Origin: a virus
Taxonomy: Duplodnaviria; Caudoviricetes
Direction: 5' to 3' (one strand)
IMG/VR virus record: IMGVR_UViG_3300030202_001124
Span: 1-62,321 of that record
DNA length: 62,321 nucleotides
Numbering within the stretch: position 1 is the stretch's first letter; the number at the start of each line of letters is the position of its first letter. Positions 1 through 9,446 of this stretch are shown here, one piece after another. A program made the translations under genes and the position numbers. The notes under the pieces are model-generated. The model was not told the DNA's origin and did not search any database. It was given only the letters and a program-made list of their open reading frames with translations.

Positions 1-2112
1 TTACTATTCGGAACAGACACAATTACCCTTAGAGGCGATTCAGGAATAACTCTTGATGGCCCTGTTACAGCAAATGAAACAGTTACAATAACTGGAAACA
101 TAACAACAGACGGTATATTTATAAACGATTCTGCCCCGGATGGTAATGTTTTTGAAGCAATACAGAGTGGTAGAAAAATGGCATTGTATACGTATTTTTC
201 ATCTAATGCAACTGATAGTGAATGGAGATTTAGAACGTCAACTGGTAATGTAAATGGCACAACAACAGATGCTTTAATACTAAAACCACTAGCAGCAACT
301 TTCGCAGGAAACGTTGGTATAGGTGATAGTGCTCATGTCACTGCTTCTTTAACTCTTAAAAATACAAGCCAACATATTAGATTTGAAAATAATGGTGAGT
401 TTGCCTTCGTTTCAGTTTTATCAACTGGTGAGTTAGATATTTTTGGGCACGGAACTGATGAAACAATAAACTTTAGAACTGGTACTGGTAGTGGTACTGT
501 TGCTATGATTATAGTTGGAGATAAAGTAGGAATTGGAGCGCCTTCGCCTGGTGCTAAGTTAGAAATAAACGATGGTTCTACACAAACTGAATTAAGAATA
601 TCTGTAACAGGAGATACGGGTTATTCTACTATTAATTTTGCAGATGCAAGCGATATAAACCCTGGTCAAATATATTACCACCATGAGCAAAATCTAATGA
701 ATTTTAGAACAAATGATGTTGATAAAATGCAGATAACATCCGCTGGTGATATTTGGCAATTAAATGGAGCTAATAGTACAAGTGCTTTTGCTCCTTGGGA
801 CGTTTCATACCCTGATGAGGGAATTTGCATAAACACACCATCAGGTGGCACAAAGTATTTAAGTTTTGCTGATAGTCAAACACCAAGTTATGGAGCTGGT
901 ATGAGATATTTTGAAGCAAGTAACTTTACTGAACTTTATACTAAATTAGCTGGAGCTTACACTACACATGTTAGACTTGATAGAGCTTCACCATATACTA
1001 CTTGGTTAAACCCTGAATCAGGTGGAAGCGTTGGTATTGGAATTGCAACCGCACCTCTTGCTAAACTACATCTTGAAGGAACTGGTGACATGATTCGGGT
1101 GGTAAAAAATGCAAATACTTATGGCCCACAAATGGATTTGATTTTAAATCAAACCAGCCCATCAAATGGTGATACAGCTGCATATATTAACATGGGGGCA
1201 AAAGATAATTCTGGAAACCCTAAATACTGGGGAAGCATAAGAGCTGTTGTTGATAATATATTTACTGAAATAGGTGGTTTTGAATTTTATACAAGAGCTG
1301 CTAGTGATTTTAGTAAACGGTTAAAAATATCTGCTCAAGGTAAAGTTATAGTTTATCAAAAAGATAATGTTTCTGGTTTTTATTTAGATGGAGCTAACAC
1401 TAGATTATATGCAAACGGTGGAGGTGGAACAGATTATAGAGGAATTGAGTGTAATTCATCTGGTATGTGGTCATGGGGTGAAACTGGTTCATCTAACTTT
1501 TTTGCTAATAAAGTAGGAATTGGTGATTCATCAGTTCCTAATACGTTAAGCGTAAAAGATACTGGAAATTTAGTTTGTAGATTTACAGGTGGAACAACAT
1601 TTTCTTTAATTCAAAACAATACAGATAGTTCAGTTATATTTTCAGCAAATCACGGTAATGCATCTCCTACCGGAGTTGAAAAAAGATTTATATGGCAAAT
1701 GGCTGGAGGCACAGCAAAAATGAAACTTGATGACGGAACGTTAACAGTATCAGCAGATTTAATAGCTTATGGTTCACCATCAGATAAAAGATTAAAAGAA
1801 AATATAAAACCTATTAAATCAGCTTTAGATAAAGTAGAAAAACTACAAGGTGTAACCTTTGATTGGAAAGATAAAAAACAAGATAAAGCTTATGATCCTG
1901 ATCAAAATTGGAAACATGATATAGGGTTTATTGCACAAGATGTACAAAAAATTATACCAGAGCTTGTAAGAGAAAACAAAGATGGTATGCTATCGATGAG
2001 ACATCAAGGTATGGCTCCAATATTACTTGAAGCAATAAAAGAATTAAAAGCTGAAATAGAAGTATTAAAAAATAAGCCGTGTGCTTGTAATAATTGTAAT
2101 TGTAAAGAGTAA
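1..2112 (+). CDS. Tail fibre C-terminal part with peptidase S74 intramolecular chaperone (5' truncated; frame open from base 1)
   Basis: Frame 1 has no stop from position 1 (LLFGTDTITLRG...) into the tracked ORF at 178. Repeated GNVGIG modules; SDKRLKENI...GFIAQDV...LLEAIKEL S74 signature. Confidence 0.85.
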   Translation, partial: LLFGTDTITLRGDSGITLDGPVTANETVTITGNITTDGIFINDSAPDGNVFEAIQSGRKMALYTYFSSNATDSEWRFRTSTGNVNGTTTDALILKPLAATFAGNVGIGDSAHVTASLTLKNTSQHIRFENNGEFAFVSVLSTGELDIFGHGTDETINFRTGTGSGTVAMIIVGDKVGIGAPSPGAKLEINDGSTQTELRISVTGDTGYSTINFADASDINPGQIYYHHEQNLMNFRTNDVDKMQITSAGDIWQLNGANSTSAFAPWDVSYPDEGICINTPSGGTKYLSFADSQTPSYGAGMRYFEASNFTELYTKLAGAYTTHVRLDRASPYTTWLNPESGGSVGIGIATAPLAKLHLEGTGDMIRVVKNANTYGPQMDLILNQTSPSNGDTAAYINMGAKDNSGNPKYWGSIRAVVDNIFTEIGGFEFYTRAASDFSKRLKISAQGKVIVYQKDNVSGFYLDGANTRLYANGGGGTDYRGIECNSSGMWSWGETGSSNFFANKVGIGDSSVPNTLSVKDTGNLVCRFTGGTTFSLIQNNTDSSVIFSANHGNASPTGVEKRFIWQMAGGTAKMKLDDGTLTVSADLIAYGSPSDKRLKENIKPIKSALDKVEKLQGVTFDWKDKKQDKAYDPDQNWKHDIGFIAQDVQKIIPELVRENKDGMLSMRHQGMAPILLEAIKELKAEIEVLKNKPCACNNCNCKE

Positions 2113-2594
2113 TGAGTTTACCAAGTTCAGGAGAAATAAAAGCAAGTCAAATGAATACCGTAGCTGGTAGGTCGGCAACTGCTAATGCACCTTTGTCTGG
2201 TAGTAGCTCAACGCCTCAAACAGGCTCGCTTGTAAAAATATATGCTACAGCTAGTCCGCCTGTAAATCAAAGTGCTCCTCATGCTTTTAGTGAGTTTTAC
2301 GGAAGAAGTTTTGTGTCTTTAAGAGGTTTTTTAGTTGGAGCAGGTATAGTTGAAAGCGGAAACACTTCTTGTAGTACCTTAGGATCTTCTGCTACATACT
2401 ATCATGATGGTAGTGGAACTTACCCTGCTACAGGTGATATAGTGTATACTAATTCTAGTGGAACAACACCAGCCTCTGGTGGTACTGGAACAAACTACGC
2501 TATATTTGCAGCGGGCCCACCAGCACCTCCAGTAAGATTTTTTAGACTACTAGGAAATACAGGAACAGTGCAAGCAACAAGTACATGTCCTTAA
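2112..2594 (+). CDS. Small tail-fibre-associated virion protein with one Cys-flanked YHDGSG repeat module
   Basis: MSLPSSG N-terminus, follows an S74 fibre; YYHDGSG..P..GDIVYT module shared with ORFs 18403 and 23231. Confidence 0.6.
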   Translation: MSLPSSGEIKASQMNTVAGRSATANAPLSGSSSTPQTGSLVKIYATASPPVNQSAPHAFSEFYGRSFVSLRGFLVGAGIVESGNTSCSTLGSSATYYHDGSGTYPATGDIVYTNSSGTTPASGGTGTNYAIFAAGPPAPPVRFFRLLGNTGTVQATSTCP

Positions 2595-2604
2595 TTTAAA
2601 TTAA

Positions 2605-2612
2605 TATCTTTG
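2605..2612 (+). promoter_or_regulatory. Bacteroidota-type -7 promoter box TATCTTTG
   Basis: Matches TAnnTTTG in the intergenic gap 14 nt before the ATG at 2626. Confidence 0.65.
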
Positions 2613-2625
2613 TAAAAACATTATA

Positions 2626-4917
2626 ATGGCGATTAAATTTTTAAGTAGCGGGAATGTAACAGGGGGATTAACACTAAGCGGTGCTTTATCAGGAAGTACT
2701 GCAACTTTTTCAGGTATTGTTGGGATGGGTGCAACTGGAATATATACAAGTGGTATAACCGCTCAATTAAATTTACCTAGTTATGCTTTAGCTATAAAAA
2801 ACAATGTAAGCGGTAGTAATAATAATTGGACTTATATAAGAAACACAGCAACTGGTAGTGGTTCAAATTTAGAATTTACAACTGGTCAAGGTATAGCTTT
2901 AACATTAAATCATGATAAATCTGCAACTTTTACTGGAAACGTTTTTGCAAGGCGTGGAAGTTTTGGCACTGCTTCTAATTTTAATTTTGATTTATATTGT
3001 AATGGAAATGCTTATATAAATGATGAACTAACAGTAGATGATAATGCAACTTTTGCAGGAGATGTAACAATAACTAAAGCCCAACCTAAACTAACAATAA
3101 ACGACACGGCTGCAAGTGACTTACAACTTATAATACAGCAATCTGGTTCAACTGCTCTTTTTCAATCAAGAGGTGGTACTAATACTACAGGTCAATTTAT
3201 ATTTAGGACAACAAACGGAACAGCAAGTACTAATGCCTTAATAATAAATCAACAATCTAATGCAACTTTTGCAGGTAATTTAACTTTAACAGGTGCAACT
3301 GCTTTAGATTTTCAAGTAGCTGATTTTGCACAAATTAAGTTTAGAGAATCAGGTGCTATAATGATTGATTCAGATGATGACCAATCTTCAAGAAACTTTC
3401 AAATAAAAGACGGTAGCGGGTCAAGTTTGTTAACAGTATTAGATACTGGAAATGTTGGTATTGGTGGTACACCTGGACAAAATCTTGATATTCAAAAATC
3501 TGGTGCTAGATTTAGATTAATTGATGGAACAAATCAATTAAATATGGGGCTTTGGGATAGTGTTAATTATAGATTTGAAGGAGACGCAAATAGACCAATG
3601 TTTTTTACCTCTTACCAAGGTAACATATACTTTGGTATTAGTGGTGGCACAACTATGACCATACAAAGCAGCAGCGTAGGAATTGGAGTAACTTTGCCTC
3701 AAGCACAATTACATATTAACGAAGATACATCAAATTCTTATGCTACATTAAGATTAGAAGGAGCTAACAGAGGTGGAATAATTGAAATGTATAATGCGAC
3801 ATATCCTGTTTCAAAAATACAAACAGACCAAAGTGGTAACATTGGTATTTATACCTCAGGTGCTTTTGCTTCTGGAACTATGACAGAAAAAGTTGCTATC
3901 TCAACAGCAGGGGCATTAAAATTAATTGCTAATGGAAATAGTGGAACTGATAGTGGTGGGTTTACTGCTGAATCAAATAATTTTACTTTTGGTGCAACAG
4001 GAGAAACAGGTTTATTAGTAAGAAATAATGGTTCAACAGGTGAATATGCTACTATTGGTTTTGGATATTCAGAAAACAATAGAAGTCCTGTAACAATTGG
4101 AAGTGTAATTACAGATGGTGGTGGTGCTACCAAAGGAGATTTTATAGTCGGAACAAGAAACACAACATCTAATACTGATTATCCAACAATAAAATTACAG
4201 GTAACAGGTGCAGGAAATGTGGGGATAGGAGTAACATCTGCTTCTTATAAATTAAGAGTTTTAACCGATTCAACTTTAGCAAATGGAATTTACTTGAGTG
4301 CAGGTTCATCAAGTTCAAATCACGCTTTTTATGTAGAAAATCTTGCTGCTGCAACTGGAGCATCTGGTGGTGCTGAACATTTTGCAGTTAGAGGTGATGG
4401 GCAAATTAGATTAAATGCAAGTAGGGTTGGAGATGTTTTATTTGGATGTACCGCTTTACCATCTGCAAGTGTTTTTGGTAGCGCTTTTAAATCAGATTCT
4501 AAAGCAAGATATACTTTAATGCAATCTTGTAATAGCGCAACTTTAAGTGATTTACAAGAATTTTTTAATACTAATGGACCAGTGGGTAAAATACAAACTA
4601 GTGGTTCTGCTACAATATTTAACACAAATTCAGATTATAGATTAAAAGAAGATTTACAAGATTTTCAAGGGTTAGATATGGTTTTAAAAATACCTGTTTA
4701 TAATTTTAAATGGAAAATAGATGGTAAAAGAAGTTATGGAGTACTAGCTCATGAACTTCAAGAAGTTATACCAGATGCAGCAGCAGGAGATAAAGATTTA
4801 GTAAATGAAGATGGGAGTATTAATCCACAGGGGGTTGATTATTCAAAAATAGTACCAATACTTGTAAAAGCAATACAAGAACTAAAAGCAGAAGTAGAAA
4901 TTTTAAAAAAGAAATAA
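2626..4917 (+). CDS. Tail fibre with C-terminal peptidase S74 chaperone
   Basis: ATFAG and GNVGIG repeats; SDYRLKED...GVLAHELQEV...GVDYSKIVPILVKAIQEL; N-terminus MAIKFLS shared with ORF 59803. Confidence 0.85.
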   Translation: MAIKFLSSGNVTGGLTLSGALSGSTATFSGIVGMGATGIYTSGITAQLNLPSYALAIKNNVSGSNNNWTYIRNTATGSGSNLEFTTGQGIALTLNHDKSATFTGNVFARRGSFGTASNFNFDLYCNGNAYINDELTVDDNATFAGDVTITKAQPKLTINDTAASDLQLIIQQSGSTALFQSRGGTNTTGQFIFRTTNGTASTNALIINQQSNATFAGNLTLTGATALDFQVADFAQIKFRESGAIMIDSDDDQSSRNFQIKDGSGSSLLTVLDTGNVGIGGTPGQNLDIQKSGARFRLIDGTNQLNMGLWDSVNYRFEGDANRPMFFTSYQGNIYFGISGGTTMTIQSSSVGIGVTLPQAQLHINEDTSNSYATLRLEGANRGGIIEMYNATYPVSKIQTDQSGNIGIYTSGAFASGTMTEKVAISTAGALKLIANGNSGTDSGGFTAESNNFTFGATGETGLLVRNNGSTGEYATIGFGYSENNRSPVTIGSVITDGGGATKGDFIVGTRNTTSNTDYPTIKLQVTGAGNVGIGVTSASYKLRVLTDSTLANGIYLSAGSSSSNHAFYVENLAAATGASGGAEHFAVRGDGQIRLNASRVGDVLFGCTALPSASVFGSAFKSDSKARYTLMQSCNSATLSDLQEFFNTNGPVGKIQTSGSATIFNTNSDYRLKEDLQDFQGLDMVLKIPVYNFKWKIDGKRSYGVLAHELQEVIPDAAAGDKDLVNEDGSINPQGVDYSKIVPILVKAIQELKAEVEILKKK

Positions 4918-4918
4918 G

Positions 4919-4926
4919 TAACTTTG
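4919..4926 (+). promoter_or_regulatory. Bacteroidota-type -7 promoter box TAACTTTG
   Basis: TAnnTTTG directly upstream of ORF 4941. Confidence 0.6.
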
Positions 4927-4940
4927 TAAAAAATTAAATT

Positions 4941-5303
4941 ATGGCAATATTATATAAGTGGACAATTAATCAATTAAACGCAAAGATTGAATCAGACGGA
5001 CAAGACAATGTTATTTATAACATTCATTATACCTACACAGGTATTGATGAAGATGAGCAACAATATCAAGCATCAACTATTGGTGTTTACAGTGTAACTT
5101 ATGTTCCTGGCACTCCATTTATTCCTTGGGCAGATGACCAAGCATTTGAAAATGTAGTCGTTGGATGGTTAGAAGATGGATTAGATACAGCTGTAATGAA
5201 AGATGGTATAGGTAAACAAATAGCTCTAGAAAAAAATCCAGTAGACGAGGATTTATATTTCACATGGAATAACCCAATGCCTATTCCACCCGTAGAAGAA
5301 TAA
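4941..5303 (+). CDS. Hypothetical acidic protein, probably tail-fibre associated
   Basis: Clean ORF with promoter box, downstream of a fibre gene. Confidence 0.6.
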   Translation: MAILYKWTINQLNAKIESDGQDNVIYNIHYTYTGIDEDEQQYQASTIGVYSVTYVPGTPFIPWADDQAFENVVVGWLEDGLDTAVMKDGIGKQIALEKNPVDEDLYFTWNNPMPIPPVEE

Positions 5304-5353
5304 TAATATTTTACTATCTTTACAACTTAAAATTAATCTTTAAAATAAATAAA

Positions 5354-5617
5354 ATGAGTCAAATTAAATTAACTGAAGAAGAACTAAAAAGAATTCAAGA
5401 TTTAAACCAAGAGTTTACAAAAGCTAAACTTGAAATTGCCGATAATGTTTTAAGAGAACAAGCTTCGCTAAAACAGCTTGATGACCTTAGAGCTGCCTTT
5501 GGTGTAGAAGAAAAAAAATTAGCTGAAACTTACGGAAAAGACGCTATTATTGATTTAGCAACAGGAGTTGTTACTAAAAAAGAAGCGGAAGTAGTTGAGG
5601 TTGAAGAAGTGAAATAA
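5354..5617 (+). CDS. Small coiled-coil hypothetical protein
   Basis: Heptad-like charged helix ending YGKDAIIDLATG; AT-rich leader. Confidence 0.65.
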   Translation: MSQIKLTEEELKRIQDLNQEFTKAKLEIADNVLREQASLKQLDDLRAAFGVEEKKLAETYGKDAIIDLATGVVTKKEAEVVEVEEVK

Positions 5618-5624
5618 ATATAAT

Positions 5625-6152
5625 ATGGCTAGAATAAGTAACACGGCTGCGTATGCCAACATCAATCCTGTTTTAACAGACTACTTTGTGTTAACCGACA
5701 AGGGAAATAACCTTGCGACTAAAACATGTACACTACAGTCTCTACAAACATTATTTGGTTTAGGAGATTCGCAACTTAGTGTTAGTGTTCCAGCAGCTTC
5801 ATTACATTTTTTACTTACAACTCCTTATGAATTAATTGCATCACCTGGCGCAGGATATGTTTTGGTTATAAAAGAAATAGTGTGTTTTATGGATGCAGGG
5901 CCCACTCCTTTTGATTTTGCAAACGGAGCTATTCCAAAATTAGGAACTGTTGATTTTAATGCCATTCCACAAGCAACTTTAAATTCTGCAACAGATACTG
6001 TGTTTAATGTAGGAACAAAAGATAATGTTACACTGCCAGCTAGTACACCGTTAACTTTAACATCAGTTGCTAATACCGCAACGACTAATGGAAACGGTAC
6101 TTTATATTTTAATATAACATATCAGACACTTAAATTAGCGTCTACATTTTAA
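5625..6152 (+). CDS. Putative virion structural protein
   Basis: Thr/Ala-rich beta-type sequence; MARIS N-terminus similar to ORF 57525. Confidence 0.55.
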   Translation: MARISNTAAYANINPVLTDYFVLTDKGNNLATKTCTLQSLQTLFGLGDSQLSVSVPAASLHFLLTTPYELIASPGAGYVLVIKEIVCFMDAGPTPFDFANGAIPKLGTVDFNAIPQATLNSATDTVFNVGTKDNVTLPASTPLTLTSVANTATTNGNGTLYFNITYQTLKLASTF

Positions 6153-6156
6153 TTAA

Positions 6157-6381
6157 ATGGATATTAGAAAGATTTCAATAGGAGCAGACTATAAGTCTGG
6201 AGCTATGCATTACATAGTAGGGCAGGATGTTCTTGGGGGTTCCTATTTTATTCATTTAATTCAGCACGATCCTTTATCAAAATCTTACAAAATATGGATA
6301 GAGAAAAACAAAGAAGTGGTTATATGGAAAGAGTTTAAAACAACTCTTCCTATCTCTCTTGAATATAATATAAACTTCTAA
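6157..6381 (+). CDS. Hypothetical phage protein
   Basis: Tightly packed ORF, coupled by TAATG to the next gene. Confidence 0.65.
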   Translation: MDIRKISIGADYKSGAMHYIVGQDVLGGSYFIHLIQHDPLSKSYKIWIEKNKEVVIWKEFKTTLPISLEYNINF

Positions 6382-6944
6382 TGCAGTCTCCATATTCTTT
6401 TATTGTACGTCCTTTAAAAGGTAAAAGGTATGACAATACAAAAGAAATAGGTGGCTTAGATTTTATAGTTAGCACATCAAAAGAAGATCATAAAGCATCA
6501 AATAGGTTTGGACAAGTAATATCTTTACCATTGTCTTATAAGGGTGATGTGAATATTGGAGACATATTACTTGTGCATCATAATGTATTTAAATTTTACT
6601 ACGATATGCAGGGAAGAGAAAAAAGTGGTAAAAGCTTTTTTATGGAAGATATGTTTTTAGTAGATGAAGATCAGTTTTTTTTATACTATCAAAACAAAAA
6701 GTGGATAGCTCATTCTAAATATTGTTTTATAAAACCTGTAAAAGCAAAAGAATCTTTTTTAGGTAAAACAGGAAAAGAAGAACCATTAATAGGAACTGTA
6801 AAATATATTAATAAAGAATTGATTAATCTAGGAGTAAAACAAGGTGATGAAATATCTTACACTCCAGATAGTGATTATGAGTTTATTATTAATGATGAAA
6901 AATTATATCGTATGTATACCGAAAATATTACAATGATTTTATAA
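6381..6944 (+). CDS. Tandem (two-domain) GroES/Cpn10-like protein
   Basis: Two halves each follow the GroES pattern: FIVRP...GQVISLP...VNIGDILLV and CFIKP...GTVKY...GVKQGDEISY...EFIINDEKLYRM.TENI. Confidence 0.6.
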   Translation: MQSPYSFIVRPLKGKRYDNTKEIGGLDFIVSTSKEDHKASNRFGQVISLPLSYKGDVNIGDILLVHHNVFKFYYDMQGREKSGKSFFMEDMFLVDEDQFFLYYQNKKWIAHSKYCFIKPVKAKESFLGKTGKEEPLIGTVKYINKELINLGVKQGDEISYTPDSDYEFIINDEKLYRMYTENITMIL

Positions 6945-7219
6945 TGGATATAAAACAAATAAAGTTAGAAATAATAAAGGCTGGAGAAAGGGCAGTTATT
7001 CAGTTAATTAAAGTTGCTAAAGAAGATATAATTAAATACGATGCTGAAGATGAGTTGGCAGCTGATAGATTAAAAAATGCAGCAGCAACAAAAAAGCTAG
7101 CTATATTTGATGCGTTTGAAATATTAAAAAGAATTGAAGAGGAAAAACAAATGTTAGAAGGAACGGACATAGTTAAAAACAACACCCCTAAAGGATTTGC
7201 AGAATCAAGATCAAAATAA
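6944..7219 (+). CDS. Putative terminase small subunit
   Basis: Small helical protein directly before and overlapping terL; positional inference. Confidence 0.5.
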   Translation: MDIKQIKLEIIKAGERAVIQLIKVAKEDIIKYDAEDELAADRLKNAAATKKLAIFDAFEILKRIEEEKQMLEGTDIVKNNTPKGFAESRSK

Positions 7220-9446
7220 ATTATTTTTTCCGCTATATAATATAGTGCCTAAAAACGTATTGTCAACAAAAAACAAAGCTAAGAGTTGGCAGTATGGTTA
7301 CAACGAAAAGTATGATATTGTTGTTATATCTCGTTCAGGTCAAATTCAAGACATTATAAACATAAGTGGTTTAAACATAGCACTTCCTAAACCACCAAGT
7401 AAAATATACCAGCGTTCAAAAAACAAAGAAGAACAATACTGGGAGCCACACGAGTTACCAAAAGAATTAAAACGTATACAATCAATATTTCATTGGCATG
7501 ATGCGCCACCTCAGTTTAAAAACACCTGGGTAGATTACATTGAAAGCGAGTTTGATAAAAGAGAAGAAGGTTTTTGGTTTCTTAATAATAGTATTCCTAC
7601 ATACATTACAGGAACACATTATATGTATTTACAATGGACAAAGATTGATGTTGGTCATCCTGATTTTAGAGAAGCTAATAGATTGTTTTATATATTTTGG
7701 GAAGCGTGTAAAGCAGACAAAAGAAGTTTTGGAATGTGTTATTTAAAAATAAGACGTTCAGGTTTTTCATTTATGAGCTCGTGCGAGGGCGTGAATACGG
7801 CTACTATAACAAAAGATTCTAGAATTGGTATACTATCAAAAACTGGTGCAGATGCAAAAAAAATGTTTACCGATAAAATAGTTCCTATATCCAATAATTA
7901 TCCTTTCTTTTTTAAACCTATTCAAGATGGTATGGATAAACCTAAAACAGAATTAGCTTATAGGGTTCCAGCTTCTAAGATTACTAAAAAAAATATGTAT
8001 GTATTGGATGATCAAGAGCTTGAAGGATTAGACACAACTATTGACTGGAAGAATACATCTGACAACAGTTATGATGGTGAAAAGTTACAGTTATTGGTTC
8101 ATGATGAAAGTGGTAAGTGGGAGCGTCCTGAAAACATACTTAATAACTGGAGGGTAACTAAAACATGTTTACGTTTAGGTAGTAGAGTTATAGGTAAATG
8201 TATGATGGGATCGACATCAAACGCATTGGATAAAGGAGGTAGAAATTTTAAAGATTTATTTGAGTCTTCTGATTGTAAAAACAGAAACTCTAATGGCCAA
8301 ACAAAAAGTGGGTTATATAATTTGTTTATTCCAATGGAGTGGAATATGGAAGGGTTTATAGATATTCATGGTATGCCTGTTTTTAATAATCCTACAAAAA
8401 AAATAGTTGGCATAGATAAAGAAACAATTACACAAGGTGCTTTAGATTATTGGCAGAACGAAGTGGATTCATTAGCTTCAGACCCCGATGCTTTAAATGA
8501 ATTTTACAGACAATTTCCAAGAACAGAGTCACATGCTTTTAGAGATGAAAGTAAACAGTCTTTGTTTAATTTAACAAAAATTTATCAACAGATTGATTAC
8601 AATGATTCTTTAAATATCCATCATCATGTTACTCAAGGAGGTTTCCATTGGAAAGATGGTGTTAAAGATAGCAAGGTAATATGGACTCCAAATAAAAGAG
8701 GAAGATTTTTTGTAACTTACATACCTAAAGCTACGCTTCAAAATAATGTTATAACTAAGAACGGTAAAAAATATCCAGGAAACGAACATATAGGTTCTTT
8801 TGGATGTGATTCTTATGATATATCAGGAGTTGTTGTTGGTAAAGGCTCTAACGGAGCTTTACATGGAATGACAAAATTTAGTATGGATGATGCGCCTAGC
8901 AATCATATATTTTTAGAATATATTGCTAGACCTCAAACCGCTGAAATATTTTTTGAGGAAGTCTTGATGGCATGTATATTTTATGGCATGCCTATTTTAT
9001 GTGAGAACAACAAACCTCGTTTATTGTATCATTTTAAAAATAGAGGATACCGAGGATATAGTTTAAACCGACCAGACAAGTCTTATAATAAGTTGTCTAA
9101 AACAGAAAAAGAATTAGGGGGTATCCCTAACACTTCTGAAGATGTGAAACAATCACACGCCTCTGCTATTGAGTCGTATATTGAAAAACATATAGGTTTA
9201 GATTTAGAAGGTAGCTATAGAGATAAAGACGATATGGGTAGTATGTATTTTCAAAGAACGCTAGAAGATTGGGCTAAGTTTGATATTTCAAACCGAACAA
9301 AATTTGATGCGGCTATAAGTTCAGGATTAGCAATTATGGCTAATCAAAAGCACCTATACACACCTGTACAAAAACAATCAAAAATAAGCATTAACTTTGC
9401 AAGATATAATAACAAAAACTCAGTAAGCCAATTACTTAATAGATGA
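7197..9446 (+). CDS. terL: Terminase large subunit (start codon uncertain, TTG)
   Basis: Walker A-like KIRRSGFS, Walker B LVHDESGK, MGST coupling motif, nuclease acidic motifs GCDSYD and FDAAISSGLA; followed by portal. Confidence 0.85.
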   Translation: MQNQDQNKLFFPLYNIVPKNVLSTKNKAKSWQYGYNEKYDIVVISRSGQIQDIINISGLNIALPKPPSKIYQRSKNKEEQYWEPHELPKELKRIQSIFHWHDAPPQFKNTWVDYIESEFDKREEGFWFLNNSIPTYITGTHYMYLQWTKIDVGHPDFREANRLFYIFWEACKADKRSFGMCYLKIRRSGFSFMSSCEGVNTATITKDSRIGILSKTGADAKKMFTDKIVPISNNYPFFFKPIQDGMDKPKTELAYRVPASKITKKNMYVLDDQELEGLDTTIDWKNTSDNSYDGEKLQLLVHDESGKWERPENILNNWRVTKTCLRLGSRVIGKCMMGSTSNALDKGGRNFKDLFESSDCKNRNSNGQTKSGLYNLFIPMEWNMEGFIDIHGMPVFNNPTKKIVGIDKETITQGALDYWQNEVDSLASDPDALNEFYRQFPRTESHAFRDESKQSLFNLTKIYQQIDYNDSLNIHHHVTQGGFHWKDGVKDSKVIWTPNKRGRFFVTYIPKATLQNNVITKNGKKYPGNEHIGSFGCDSYDISGVVVGKGSNGALHGMTKFSMDDAPSNHIFLEYIARPQTAEIFFEEVLMACIFYGMPILCENNKPRLLYHFKNRGYRGYSLNRPDKSYNKLSKTEKELGGIPNTSEDVKQSHASAIESYIEKHIGLDLEGSYRDKDDMGSMYFQRTLEDWAKFDISNRTKFDAAISSGLAIMANQKHLYTPVQKQSKISINFARYNNKNSVSQLLNR

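Noticed and set aside
3849-4625. Antisense ORFs within structural genes (also 7000, 9704, 13747, 17993, 24067, 29461, 50075-51004, 57004, 58417, 60645, 62016 and others)
   Set aside because: Shadow frames of long, well-supported genes on the opposite strand, with no motifs or leaders.
1-4917. Diversity-generating retroelement or invertase shufflon acting on the fibres
   Set aside because: No reverse transcriptase, no site-specific recombinase and no long template/variable repeat pair were seen.
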